The position numbers and the translations under genes were made by a program. Positions 33,801-46,132 of a stretch of 64,000 nt of DNA are shown here, one piece after another (position 1 is the first letter of the stretch; every line of letters begins with the position of its first letter). Source of the DNA: Paragordius varius. Lineage: Eukaryota > Animalia > Nematomorpha. The stretch covers positions 10,354,001 through 10,418,000 of the forward strand of contig OZ176053.1 of the NCBI GenBank assembly GCA_964247055.1, written 5' to 3'. The notes beneath the pieces are model-generated. The model made no database searches, was not told the origin of the DNA, and saw only the letters and a list, made by a program, of their open reading frames with translations.

Positions 33801-36591
33801 TCCGAGATTTCGGCATAATAACTTTGGATTTGTTGTATATGTATCCAGAAGATTCTGGGCTATATACATGCCGCATTACCAACTCACAAGGCCAACAAGA
33901 ACAAAGCACCCGAATCATTTGTCAACGTAACTTATTGTTTTAAAAACATTCACAACAGGGGTGTCCAAAATATATATCTTAGCGGCTGCTATTTATTGTT
34001 TTAATTTATTTTGGGCCCTATTTTGGATGTATTTTCTAAATAATCGTAAATTTTTGATTGAAATCTATTTTTTTATTTTTTTAACATTTTTTAAAGCACT
34101 TTTGCCTACCGAAAAAAAGTGTTTTGGACATCCCTGGCGTCCAATAAATCAATGACTTAATTATAAATTTATCCAGTACGCTTTTTATCAAAACTCATTA
34201 TATCAGCATTAAAAATTACGGTGAAGAATATTTTATAATTATTTAAAATTACAATGTTTTTATAGCGAGCCAAGCGATTATGGGACAAACCTTGTTACCA
34301 CAAGGCATTGGGGATATTGAAGCATTAGAAGCTCACTTGCATGCAAAGCATAAACCGATGGAAGTTCTCGAACCTCAAAGTGCGGAAGCTCCAAAATTTA
34401 CAAAGTATTATAAGATCAAACTTTCAAATATTGATTTTCGAGCTTTGTGCTTGGTGTTTATAAAATTTTAAATACATTTTTGATTATCAGAAACTTTGTC
34501 GACAAAACAGTTAAAGAAGGGCAAAGAGTGTGGTTTGAAAGTCGCTTAACTCCGAACCGAGATCCTAACATGAAAATAATGTGGCTTAAAGATGGAAAAG
34601 CTATGGCTGCAAGTTTGATTTTCCCTGATTTAATTATATATCTTTTGGTTTAATGATCCATTTATATTTGTAAATTATTTCATCTAATTTTATGTAGGTA
34701 ACCGTATGAATATAATAAATGACTTTGGATTCATTGCCTTGGAGATTACATCGGTTATACCAGATGATGAAGGGGAATACAGTTGTATTGCGAGTAACCC
34801 TCTCGGAGAGTCTATAACATCAGCCAAACTTATATGTCAAAGTTTATTTTCTTTTTATCTGCAAACGTTAAACATATTTTTAGTCTAAATAAAAGTTTTT
34901 ATTAAAATACCTGTCAAATCTCTTTTTAACCTCTTTTCCGGCTATGTAAGCACTGTTCCTAGATATAACGTAACTTATTAGAGAAAATACTACACAAAAC
35001 ACACTAAATATTGTCCTATAGTGATTAATTATCTTACGTGGATTAAAGTCGGATATTTGTTTACAAATTGTTCTGTAATACCATCTGTATCTTAGCAAAA
35101 GGGAATGGCCCCAGAGGTGACATATATTGTGCGCCCTAATAGAAAAAATTAAAACATTTCCCAAACTACCGTTAATTTATATACAAATATTCTGTTTATG
35201 CATTAGTTATACCAAAAATTATATCTGATTCCCAATACCCACGTGGCGAGTTAGCCATCGAATCAATGGAAAAAATTCCACCCACGCAATCCTATGTGGA
35301 GCAAAGTATATCCATATCATAACATTTATCTTTTGTGCTAATTTTTATTGGCTTACGTTAACTATAATTTAGCTGAGAATATGAGTATTCATTTGCCGAA
35401 ATTTGTACAACCTTTACCGTCCCAACTCGCCGTAGAAGAAGATAACAATGTCGTGTTTGAAGTGCAAATTGATCCACCTACAGACCCTAACCGGATCATT
35501 AAATGGTACAAAGATGATCAAGAGATAAATGCAAGTGTGTGTAAACGATTTTTTATTTTAATGGATAAAAACAGAGACTTTTTTATAACTTTATGGCATT
35601 TATAAAAAATTAAAAGTGGACCAACTTACTAATTCCTTGATCTTGAGGGTTCAATTAGTTCCAATAGGTTGCATGTTACCTTGTTCCCATATATCATCAT
35701 GTTCCGATGCCGAAATTAGAACACCCGACTCCATACTTTGGTTTTATTAGTATCAATTGATTCTCATTTTAACTCCCCAAGAAACAGTTTTCCACCTTTT
35801 GACACCCCTGCGTTCATATATATATATATATGTATATATATAAAATCTGATTATTTAGATTATTCCATATAATCTAGATAAAATAAAAACCAAAAAATGC
35901 TAAAAACTTCCTTTTAAATTTTTACCTCGAATTCCTGGCGTAAACGGTATTTTATTAAAAGATTGTTTATACTGAAAAACGTCAAATAGTTTATTAAATG
36001 TTGGAAAACAAAAATATTTTAACAATTTTTAAGTAAATAATTATTTTAATTGTTCAAAGGCAATCGAATCGATATAGTTTGCGACTTTGGTTTCGTGGCT
36101 TTGTACATCAAAGGCGTCCGCGTAGACGATACTGGTCTTTACACTTGTCGTGCTATCAACCCACTCGGTGAAACGATGACATCTACGCATTTAATTATCA
36201 GAGGTATAAAATATATTAATATAAAATTTGAGATGTTAAGTTTAAATTTACATATTCGGCAATTCGTATTAAAAAACAATAGTTTTAATTAATCATCAGT
36301 TACACCGGAGTAAAATATTAATTGATGAAAATCGGATGATTTTGTGTTTTTCCCTATGATATAACCCAAGCTATAAAATTTTCTGTTTTAAATTTAATGT
36401 TAGGATCTGAGAATATTGTTAAAGAAAGTATGATGCCAGATCCAGAAACCACTCTTGCGAAAATCCGTAATTTAGAAACCTGGGAGAATGTTTTAACAAA
36501 CAAGCAAGGCGCCCGGAGTAAATTGAGCCAACGAATGGCACAACGGCATGCATCAAATGCGCCTTCACCTGCTACTTTGCCACAAAAATAA
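20821..36591 (+). CDS. Kettin/sallimus (titin-family) Ig-repeat muscle protein, ~2478 aa, 13 Ig domains
   Basis: 32 exons: 20821-21385, 22084-23814, 23883-24026, 24576-24863, 25010-25153, 26436-26603, 26939-27160, 27628-27771, 27881-27922, 28437-28799, 29230-29373, 29585-29733, 29819-29936, 30021-30164, 30243-30344, 30430-30594, 30743-30886, 31009-31284, 31403-31546, 31739-32020, 32095-32238, 32387-32641, 32712-32855, 33403-33675, 33783-33926, 34266-34404, 34491-34612, 34698-34841, 35207-35305, 35373-35534, 36060-36203, 36404-36591. Total 7437 nt, open to TAA. Repeats read PxF...F(E/K)A..EP.DDP.L.VEW..NGKP...GSR.....DFG...L.I......DSG.Y.C, with kettin-type linkers (NPESL..IQ.LE). Confidence 0.9.
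24412..24441. repeat. (TA)n microsatellite
   Basis: Direct reading; intronic. Confidence 0.95.
25336..25769. mobile_element. MITE family A-related element, diverged copy 3
   Basis: TA|CCATTTAAACCTCGAATTACCCC ... GGGGTAAACGAAGCTAAAATGG|TA; degenerate AATTCACCC units. Confidence 0.6.
26058..26340. mobile_element. MITE family A, copy 4
   Basis: Left CAGTTCAAATTCACCCTTAAACAATTCATATTCACCCTCGAAC; right end GAATTGTAAATGG followed by TA; interior matches 11321-11602. Confidence 0.8.
27834..27877. repeat. (TA)n microsatellite abutting a splice acceptor
   Basis: About 22 TA units followed immediately by AAG|TG, the acceptor of the 42-nt exon 27881-27922. Confidence 0.9.
32920..33027. repeat. Short inverted repeat / mini-MITE in kettin intron
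   Basis: TTATTGCCAGA...GCAAAGGGCAGTATTGGC versus GCCAATAATAATGCTCTTTGC...TCTGGCGATAA. Confidence 0.6.
33956..34136. mobile_element. hAT-like MITE, copy 1
   Basis: TIR CAGGGGTGTCCAAAA / TTTTGGACATCCCTG; shares TTTTGCyTACCGAAAAAA with 58368-58553. No clear 8-bp target duplication seen. Confidence 0.65.
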
Positions 36592-36979
36592 TTGTTATAT
36601 AGGAGAGATTAATTATTTTTTATCTCTATACGCCTGCAACACTCGATTTATTTATATAACTCTAAGACTTGATAATAATTAAACTTATTTATATTTATAT
36701 TTATGAATTTGATAATTATATATGCTATGGATTGTTTGTCGGATTCGAATAAATATTTATGTAATGCAAAAAAGTGATATATACTTCTTTGATAATATGT
36801 TCCATTGGCTCTATTGCATTTGTTCCCAAAAGAGGGCGTACAAAAATCTTGGGGGTGGAAAAAATTTGGAGAAACGGCCTTAAATTTATGTTTACTATTA
36901 TTTAATAATTGGTCATTTATTATTATTTATAAAAATTACATTGTTGGGTAATCATTTTTAGTTAAATTTACTCATATTA

Positions 36980-37198
36980 CAGTCATGTATCCTTTATTTT
37001 ATCAAAAATTTATTTTTTTCGTTAAATGGGTATAAATATTTGGTAAAGAATGGAAAAAACCAGAGCTCTATGGTATTAACAATATCATATTCATCAAAAA
37101 ATATAAGAATTGCCATAGAGCTCTTGTTTCCATACTTAGCAAATACTTATACCCATTTAAAAAAATAAGTTTTTTATATAATAAAGGATACGTGACTG
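36980..37198. mobile_element. Tc1/mariner-type MITE (almost fully palindromic, TA-flanked)
   Basis: TA|CAGTCATGTATCCTTTATT ... AATAAAGGATACGTGACTG|TA. Arms pair over ~100 bp (GGGTATAAATATTTG/CAAATACTTATACCC; AGAGCTCTATGG/CCATAGAGCTCT). Confidence 0.8.
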
Positions 37199-40034
37199 TA
37201 TGTATATATAATAATGTTTTCTTTGCTAGTTAAAAAACAAATAAATGGATTTATTAAAGAATCCGCAATACATTCATAAATATTGCCCATTCTTCGTTTT
37301 ATAATACATATATTTGCATTTCAACCTTGAATCAATTGAAAATAAAACTGGAGACAAATTGAAAATCCACGTTTGCCTTCTATATGGAAAAAATATTTCA
37401 ACGATTACAAGATTTCATTGATTATGATTTTCCTAATATCATATTTACAGTTTTATCTTTGTTTTTTTGGGAAGAAGGGCATATAAGCATGCACATGAAT
37501 TTTTTATCAATTTGGCGGGGCCTGAACAAACAAAGGATGCACTGCTCTATTGGATGCATTTAGCTATGTGCTTTAAAATATATTTCCAATTATATAATTT
37601 CATCATTGCGTATTAAATCGCAAACTAGTGCTAGAAAAGAATACTATTTTTTAATGAGTAAAAGTACCTAGGAGGAGCGTACCCAATTCATTCCTAAAAC
37701 GGCTACCAGGCTTGACTTCAGCAAGGAAATCTTTTAATCTAAAAAAATCTTCAAAGATATCGCATATCTAAGAGTAATATTTTTATTATTTATGGTGTTA
37801 TCCGTTCGTAGAAAGTTAATTATCTTAATTATGATTATGCTAAAGTTTATGTTTATTAAATTAGATGAATGTTTAATAGATTTTGAATCTTATTGGCAGA
37901 AATCTGAAATTATATCTTGCAATCTCAGGCTTTTTGTGTATATGGCATTAAAACATTTAAAGTTTTTCAAAAATGGCTTTCGAAACTTATATTTAATCTA
38001 ATATAATACAAAGATATAACGTAAATTGGTTTACCAAAAATAAATTTAGCATTATGTGACCCAATTATTTTGAGTGTTTACGATAGGGGTTTATTTGCTC
38101 TCTGGTAAATTTATTTTTACTCGTGTTAATTGAAACCGTGTTGGATCGTACGTACATCTGTGAAGAGAATAAGTAACTCTATTATTTTATATTACTTTTT
38201 GGTATAATTTACTGCCTTATAAACTAATTAAGATTTAGATTATAAAAATATTATTAAGTATTTGAATTAATTATTTAAAAGTGTGTGAAAAGCAAGGATA
38301 AAATTTGTTTAAAAATAAGTTATCTGTCTTTGGCAAAAACTTTATCATATCAAAAATATTAGCCTACACACATCTTTAATGGAAATATGTAAAATGTGTT
38401 TTTAAAATTATTACATTTTCACCGTTTCTATCATGTTTTAAAATTAATAATTTAATTTAAGGTTATAACGTTATCAAGTTTTCCGCTTATATTTTAGCAA
38501 CACCAGCCTCTTCGGGGCATATCGGATATTTACAATCTATTATAATATATACTTTAGTACAGAAGTATTTAACACATTCGCGGGCTACTTTGATATTTTT
38601 GTGTTTTTGATTTATTTTAAGGTCAATTTTGGATAATATATTTAAATAATTGTAAATTATTGAATGATATGCAATTTTCATTTTTTACCACATATTAGAG
38701 GACTTTAGCGCAAAGAAGAAAGTGTGTTACACACCCCTGCTTTAGTATCAAAAGTCTGCCAAAAAATAACAGCACAGTTCACGAAATCGTCGTTTCTGTC
38801 TTTGGGTAAAGTGACCAGATAGGCTGTTTTTCGCAGTACAGTACTGGGTTCTCAAAAAAAAACCGCGCCTGTACTGCGCTGACTTTTGTACTGCTTTTTG
38901 AAATAATTTTTTTTCATAATTTTGTTTAATTACCATTTATTTATATAAGTTTTGTTTGTAGAATTCGATAGAGTACCCTTAGTTAAAATAAATAAATGTT
39001 TTTTTTGCTGTAAAAAACTATGGCCTTTTATTTTAATATTTTATTTTCTGCTCTAATTATACATGGAGTTGAGTTTTGGACCGGTTAAATCGCTTATTAA
39101 TGCAGCCATTCGCGAAGTGGCGGAACTATCAATATGAGACTCCAGATTTAGGCCAACCTTTCACTCAGGGCTTCCGCAAAAGCGACCTCAATAAACAAAA
39201 AATAAATTAATATTTTAGTAAATTTATCTTTTGAAAATTCATTTTATTTCATATAAGTTTCAGCTAAATTAAATTTATTTGAGTTTACTGTAATTATAAT
39301 TTATCAAACGGAAAATTTTTATAATTCCGCAAATTATTTTTAAAATTCATTATATTTGGTTTCGATATAACCTTTTTTTTTCTAAGAATAAAACAACTTT
39401 TTTATGTTTTGGGCGGGAGGTATGTTCCTTAATTTTTTGCTTCCTTAAATAATTTTTAGCCAGTCTTTTCATTCTTTTGTGCATAAAAAAATTTATAGAC
39501 CTATTTTAATTTTGGCCCACACACACACACACATAATAATTTTTTTATTACTTTGAAATCAAAATAGTCAAAAATACAGAAGAAAATTGTAAAGCTTTTT
39601 TAGAAAAAATTTCGTAAAACCATAAATTGGAACAAATACATAAATCTGAAAAATATATATAATTTATTATTTTTAGATATTATTACTATAATAAAAAAAT
39701 AATTATTTATTAATAATTATGTCACGTCATATACCATTGATTGGGTAGACCCAGAACTATTTGAATGATTTTTGAATTTTACACTGTAGCAAAGTCAGCA
39801 TTTGAATAATTTATCCATTCACCTATCTTTTTTTCATCAACGCATAGTTTTACCTGCTATCAAATAGTAAGCTATGGAACAGAACTTTCATAAGATCGTG
39901 TGTGAATGATTTTATCTGCACGGCAACATCTTATAAAAACCAGATATATTGTTTCCCTCTATTTTTATTATCATATATTGGTAATTATATTGTTTTTGAC
40001 AATTAGCATTTTTTAAACAAACATACCATTATAA

Positions 40035-40599
40035 TCTATATATTTATAAAAATGGAAAGCTTGGTGTTCTATTTCCGGGAAACCGGTAGATCCATTCAAA
40101 TCCAAATGTCGAAAAAATATAATCATTAATGAATGCCCCGACAATATTATCGCCATTTTTTGAATTAACCCCCAGTTCGGGCTTACCCCGTGTAAAAAAA
40201 CGGTTTTTTTTGAAAACAGAAGTCCACAAAAATCGTGTCTTTGAGAGAATTTTCTGGAAAACGTGTTGGACTATTCAATTTCAAATATGATTTTTGTTTA
40301 CTTATATTCGATTGCGCCGAACATAATCCGCTCGCTTTTTTAATTAAGGCCCTCTCCCGCTCCTCCCGTAAAATGCCATTTTTCCAAAAAAATTCAAATT
40401 GTTAGAATCTATTTTCCGCCCAAGTAAACAATATATTAGTATAAATGCACCGTTTTGAAATTCCTATGAGATCATAGCTAATAAATAATGTTTCGAAATA
40501 ATCCACATATGTGGATCATTTTATTGTCCCTTTTTTAAAATATCCTCACCAGTCCGAAGAACTTCCTCGGGCTGCATAGCAGCACGAGATTTACGCTAG
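40035..40599 (+). mobile_element. Non-autonomous Helitron, copy 2
   Basis: A|TCTATATATTTATAAAAATGG ... CTCGGGCTGC-ATA-GCAGCACGAG-ATTTACG-CTAG|T; colinear with 19441-20028. Confidence 0.85.
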
Positions 40600-40954
40600 T
40601 ATTATTATATATCCATATATATAACATATGATATAATTATATGTACATACATTTATATTAAATTTTTAATAAATTTATTGTTGGATATTTTAATTGTTAT
40701 TAATGAACTTATAAATAGTAGAACAATATCATTTAATATAAAACGCCAAAAATCCGGTTAAAAAATAGGCAAAGTGTGTTTTAATTTTGTACTGCGCCAG
40801 GGTTTTAAATATCTGGACACATTATCTTTGGGGGCTTACACAGTGCCCACAAAAAAGCAAAATATATGTATTTTCTGATAGAAATATGCATCGCTTTTGG
40901 TGTTTTTGATTTTGGTTATTACGAGTGATTAACACTTGAATACAACACATAGTC

Positions 40955-41498
40955 CTTAGATTTAAATTTGGGTAGTTGGATACACCAGGCCTGTTTAAAA
41001 TTAAATACTTCAAAAAATATGGAAGGACTTAAAACCATGTCAAAAGTTTGCCTTTTATATAAAAATAATAAACCTAAGTATAAAAATTCATTCTAAAATA
41101 ATTTATATTATTCATTCAGAGGTAAAACCCAAAGGTAATAATTTAGCCAACATGACTTGTGTGCATAAGCTAAATATAGAAATAATGCAAAATATACCAT
41201 TCTTTCTGTTTATATTAAAGTTAAACATTTTAATAAAAAAGTAAACTTAATTTTAGCCTTAGAATAAAATAAACACGATATTTTGCAAAAATGTTTCGAA
41301 ATAAAAATGCCGCCAAAATAGTTTGTTATGGAACTTTTTTTCAAAACTAAATTTTATTTAGATTTTTCAGCTTTATATATAATATTTAATAGAATGGATG
41401 CATAAATTTATATAAGGACCGTTTCTTTCAGTAGTTTTTTTTTAAATATCATTTTAAAATAATCTGGGTATTTGGATATCCCAATTTGAATCGAAGTG
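40955..41498. mobile_element. MITE, copy 2 of the 5278-5806 family, inverted orientation
   Basis: Ends CCCAATTTGAATCGAAGTG|TTAA. The reverse complement aligns to 5278-5800 (e.g. ACTACTGAAAGAAACGGT; CCAGGCyTGTTTAAAATTAAATA). Left boundary approximate. Confidence 0.65.
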
Positions 41499-41539
41499 TT
41501 AAGAAAGTTAGGGCCACTTTTGGGCAACCTCCATTTTGC

Positions 41540-42310
41540 TAAATACTTTTAAAAAAGTAAAACAATATTCGTTAATTTTAAATTTTAGATATGGACTCTC
41601 AAATTTTGAAAATTTTGGACCCGTCTTAATGGGCCTCGCAGGTTTTCTCAAACTAAAGGCATAAATGCCGAAATGCGCATTTTAAAATGTTAATTTGACA
41701 TTGAATAAGTTTTTTTAAAAAAAAATGATTTATTTAAAAATTGGATTTCCAGCATTTTGTTGAAGCTAGTTTTATGGTATTTTGTAATGTGGAATGTGAT
41801 TCGATGTTTTTAATTCAAATTATAAATAATTATTTGGCTAAGAACGCATTTTATATTATTTGTAGTAAAACGAATTTTTAATCGAAAATCTGAGTTGATG
41901 CAAATGTTTAGCATCATCGAATTATATAGAAAAGGTGTGTATATTTTATTATCTTAGTATTTATACCCTTTTCATCGTGCTTCTAAACATAGCTTCACAA
42001 AAATTTTGGTATAAAATAATTTTTAACCAAAATATTCATTATGATGTCAAAATTTAGCATATATTTAAATTTTTTATCACGCAATGGCGACATTTTTGCG
42101 TTTAGTTTACAAAAACTTGCTTATTTAGACGGGTTTAAAAATTTAAAACTTTTGGAGCCCCTAAAATTATAAATTATATTAAAATATTTTTTTATATATA
42201 TATAGTTTATGACGTATTTTAATGATATTTTCTGATTTAGCAAAATGTGAGCAAATTTTTTCATTTTCTAGGATATGATAGTTTTAAATCCTATTAAGCA
42301 TATTTTCCGA
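41540..42310. repeat. Second copy of the 15500-16500 foldback family
   Basis: 41900 AAATGTTTAGCATCATCGAATTATATAGAAAAGGTG matches 16070 AAATGTTCAGCATCATCGAATCTATATAGAAAAAGTG; GTCAAAATTTAGCATATATT is shared. Boundaries approximate. Confidence 0.65.
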
Positions 42311-45300
42311 TAATTATGGACAATGAACTTTAAATTATTTTTTACAAGCGGCTTATAAATTTATTTGCCAAAAATTTTAACGACAAACTAAGAGAAAAAA
42401 ATAAATGAAACTAAAAAAGGTTCAATAAAGTTCACATTATCCAGCATATAGTATATTAAAATATTAAAACAAATAGATGTATAAATATACCTATCCTATT
42501 AATAATTACAACATAATGTACCATATAACACCTACATTTGAATTGAGCTTTTAAGATTCACGCAACCGCAAAAGATAAAAATAGTAATAATAATAATTAT
42601 AATATTAATCTCACAAAGAATGAATTTTTTTTCGAAAAATGCCGCCGACACTCATAAAACATGTTTAAGTTTTTAGTTCCTTGAAAAAACAACAACTTTG
42701 TCTCAAATATATAGTAGGATAATTGAGAGTTCACATAAGATACACATACAAATTTAAAATTTAGAGATTATGCATTTTTTATTACAAGAAAGGAAGTAAA
42801 AATTTGTTGCTATTCTACTAACTTATTACATATTAATGACTTAATAAAATCCATTTTTTTCAAAAAACAGTTATTCCAAAATCGATATTGGTAGCTCTGG
42901 TAAATTTTTCCCCCATAATAAATAATTAAGAAGGTCTATATAAGTGGCTGTTCTTGGTGTCATAAAATTTTTAAATTTAATTAAATTGAAATTTTGAATT
43001 ATATATATAACAGCCATTTCTTAATGAGTAATCTATATATATAATTTTATTTAACATAAACATTACTTGAAAATCATCATATATACAATTTTTTTAGTTG
43101 TGATAAAAATTAACAATAACAAACGATTTGCACAAAATTATAATAATTCTTATTCAATAAACTATATATATGTATATATATATATAAAATTAAATTATTT
43201 ATGTAATCAGGCTCAGGCCTATTTCTCCAGAAGTCTAGAGATAGGTGGTTAGCATGAAATGACAAGTGTCACACTCTTGTAAATATAAACACTTGAAAAA
43301 AAACCTCAAAATTAAGAAGCAATAAATTATTAATATAATATATATAAATTTAGTAAAAAAATATTTTTAATTGGACATTAATTATTACAATTACACTCCA
43401 AGTCTTCATTTAAAATTATATTTTTTTTAAATTAAATTTCCCCTCTTCCCCACCTATTTTTTATCAATCTATTCTTGTTACTGTTCGTAAGATATATTTG
43501 ACAAATCTATCCAAATTAATATAAATGACAACCATATGCCACTCACTCTAAATGCAAAATAAAATTTAAAAAGAATGAGGATTTAAATTTTATTATAACA
43601 AAATTGGGATAGATAAAGAATCCCAATATACATTTAACCATTAAAGTTTATTCTTACCTGATATAAATAAGATTAAATTAGGAAGACATCAATACTAATT
43701 CAAATTCCTATTGTTTTTATGGCACAATGCCTGATAATACCTTTAAAAGGACCTAATGGGCTCTTGACCTACAAGATAAGCTTTATGTATAAAATTCAAA
43801 CAAACCAAATATTTAAGTCAAAATACGACAATTTACATAATATAGTTATGTAATCATAGGTCATGGCAATATATCTTTCTTTCTCTAAGTCAAAAAATAA
43901 ATAAAAGATTGTTGTGTAATTTGAGAATCAATGGAAATTTTTTTTATAATATATAATTTTTTGTATCATCAAAATCTGTACTTAACCTTAATGCCATAAA
44001 TTATATAATATATTAATATATTTAATTTTTTTGTGACATTTTATTTAATATATTCCTGGACAATGGTTACTTGTCAAATTGCGTTGTGTATAAGTATACA
44101 ATTTCTATGATATCTATATTGAAAATTGTTTTTTTACAGGTCTATCGAATGCCAAAGGATACATATAAATCAAATATAAAAATGAAATAATTTATATTAA
44201 TATAATTAAAATATTTTTGCATTATGGAATTTATATTTTATAATTCTGCTAAATTAAAACCAATATTGAAATATTAATTATAAAAGGTGATTTCAATAGC
44301 TCAATGTTTGAAAAATTTGCTGGTAAGTTATTAATTGATTTTTTTATTGGAAGTTGCTTTAATTTTAACGAATCTATGATATTTTTGCATAATGTTTGAT
44401 CATCACGATATTTTTCCATATATAAATTATATTTTTTTAAAAATATATTATTGCTTTTTTCCTTATTTAATAATTATAGTATATACATACACCTGATAAA
44501 AAATGATGATGTATGGCTACACTCCAACGAGGCTTTTAATTTTGACCTTTATTTAATATTTTATAATAATAAGATAAAATAATAATTAATTGATTACTCT
44601 TTCCATTATGGTGCCAGCCAGGTAAAATATATAATAATAATAATTTATTGCATAAACATACATAGCCAAATGTTACAATTTATGAATCTATATAATATAA
44701 CCATAAAAATTATCTATTTTTCCTTCAAAATTTGGAAAATGAGGACTACATTTATTAATGGAAAATGCTTAGATCAAATTTTATTGTTGAAATTCAATAC
44801 TTACTATTAAAAAGTACATTAAAAAAATGAAAAAAAAGCTTGAATTACAATGTATCCTGTATTAGTAATATTAGGAGTTTTCAATATTCATAATGTATAT
44901 ATAATATAATTATAACTATTCAATAACACCTTTTAATCCTATTATAATTCAAATTTATATATACAATATAGGTGTTAGAACATGACAACTTTTTGAAAGC
45001 ACTTTAATTATTTTTATTTATTTTTTCTATACAAGTTTATCTAATACTATTTATCATTCGATTTCAATGGATTTAAAAAAATTTAAATTTAATATTTAAA
45101 AAATAATTATTGTTCTTTACCTTGACAAAAACGATGCGCAGTTTAATGCAAAATCCATCTTTGTTAAATTATTTATATAAATTTAAATCTATGCCTGCTT
45201 TATCATTATTTTATCAATTTTATCTGTAACCTTGTTTAAAAAAGCGTTTTGAAACGTTTATTTAGTTAACACTAAAGCTCGAAATATTCCAGGTCTTTGC

Positions 45301-46132
45301 GATTTTTTATTTAAACAAACACTTTCATTCACGTTTTGATACTGAAATCTCTAAATATAATAATAATAATAATATTTATTGTATTCAAAATAAATTTTTA
45401 TATATTGAGAATCTTACATTTCTTTTCCCAACATTGTTTCATGCATGCATGGTTTGTATAAAAAATTCGCTTTTTAATGACAAATGAATCAAACATTCTT
45501 ATTCAAAATATAAAATTTCTGTTGAAGATAACTTCCTTTTATAGTAATTCGAAAAGGTTGGCAGGCAGGTATGACAATAAATTATTTTTTATTTGAACCT
45601 TAGTCTTTTTATTTTATATCATTTTTTTACAAAGATATTTTAGCATTATTTCTATGCCATGAAAATGAAAAAATATATATAAAAATTTATTTCCAATAAC
45701 AATAAAAAATATATTATCAATAAAGAGTAGATAGATATTCAACCAACCGTTAATACTAATTTATCATCTAATTATTTTCATTTTATAATTATTATTACCT
45801 AATAATATTTTTATTTTCTGGAGCAAACATATTTTTATATTTATGTACGTATGATGGAAACGAAAAAAAGAAATTAATAAAAAAAAATTTTCTCTATAAA
45901 ATTAAAACGTTTCAACAAACCGATCAATAGTTTAGCCGCGCGTGTTAATATCCATGGATTAAGATTAAGCAAAACATTCATAACGCTAACTAACCTCTAT
46001 CCTTATAGAATAGACCCATCAAAATGTTTATTAATATTTATCTTTTTTCCCCAATATTAGATACAAAACATAATGACAAATGGAATATTGGACATACTTA
46101 TAATTAAAACCATAGCCTAGCCAAAAAATCAA

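Noticed and set aside
35620-35810. Intronic segment possibly derived from a LINE
   Set aside because: Minus-strand translation is stop-riddled with no diagnostic motif; too weak to call.
38690-39200. GC-richer patches as an ncRNA or small gene
   Set aside because: No tRNA, snRNA or snoRNA motifs and no spliceable ORF recognised; probably repeat remnants.
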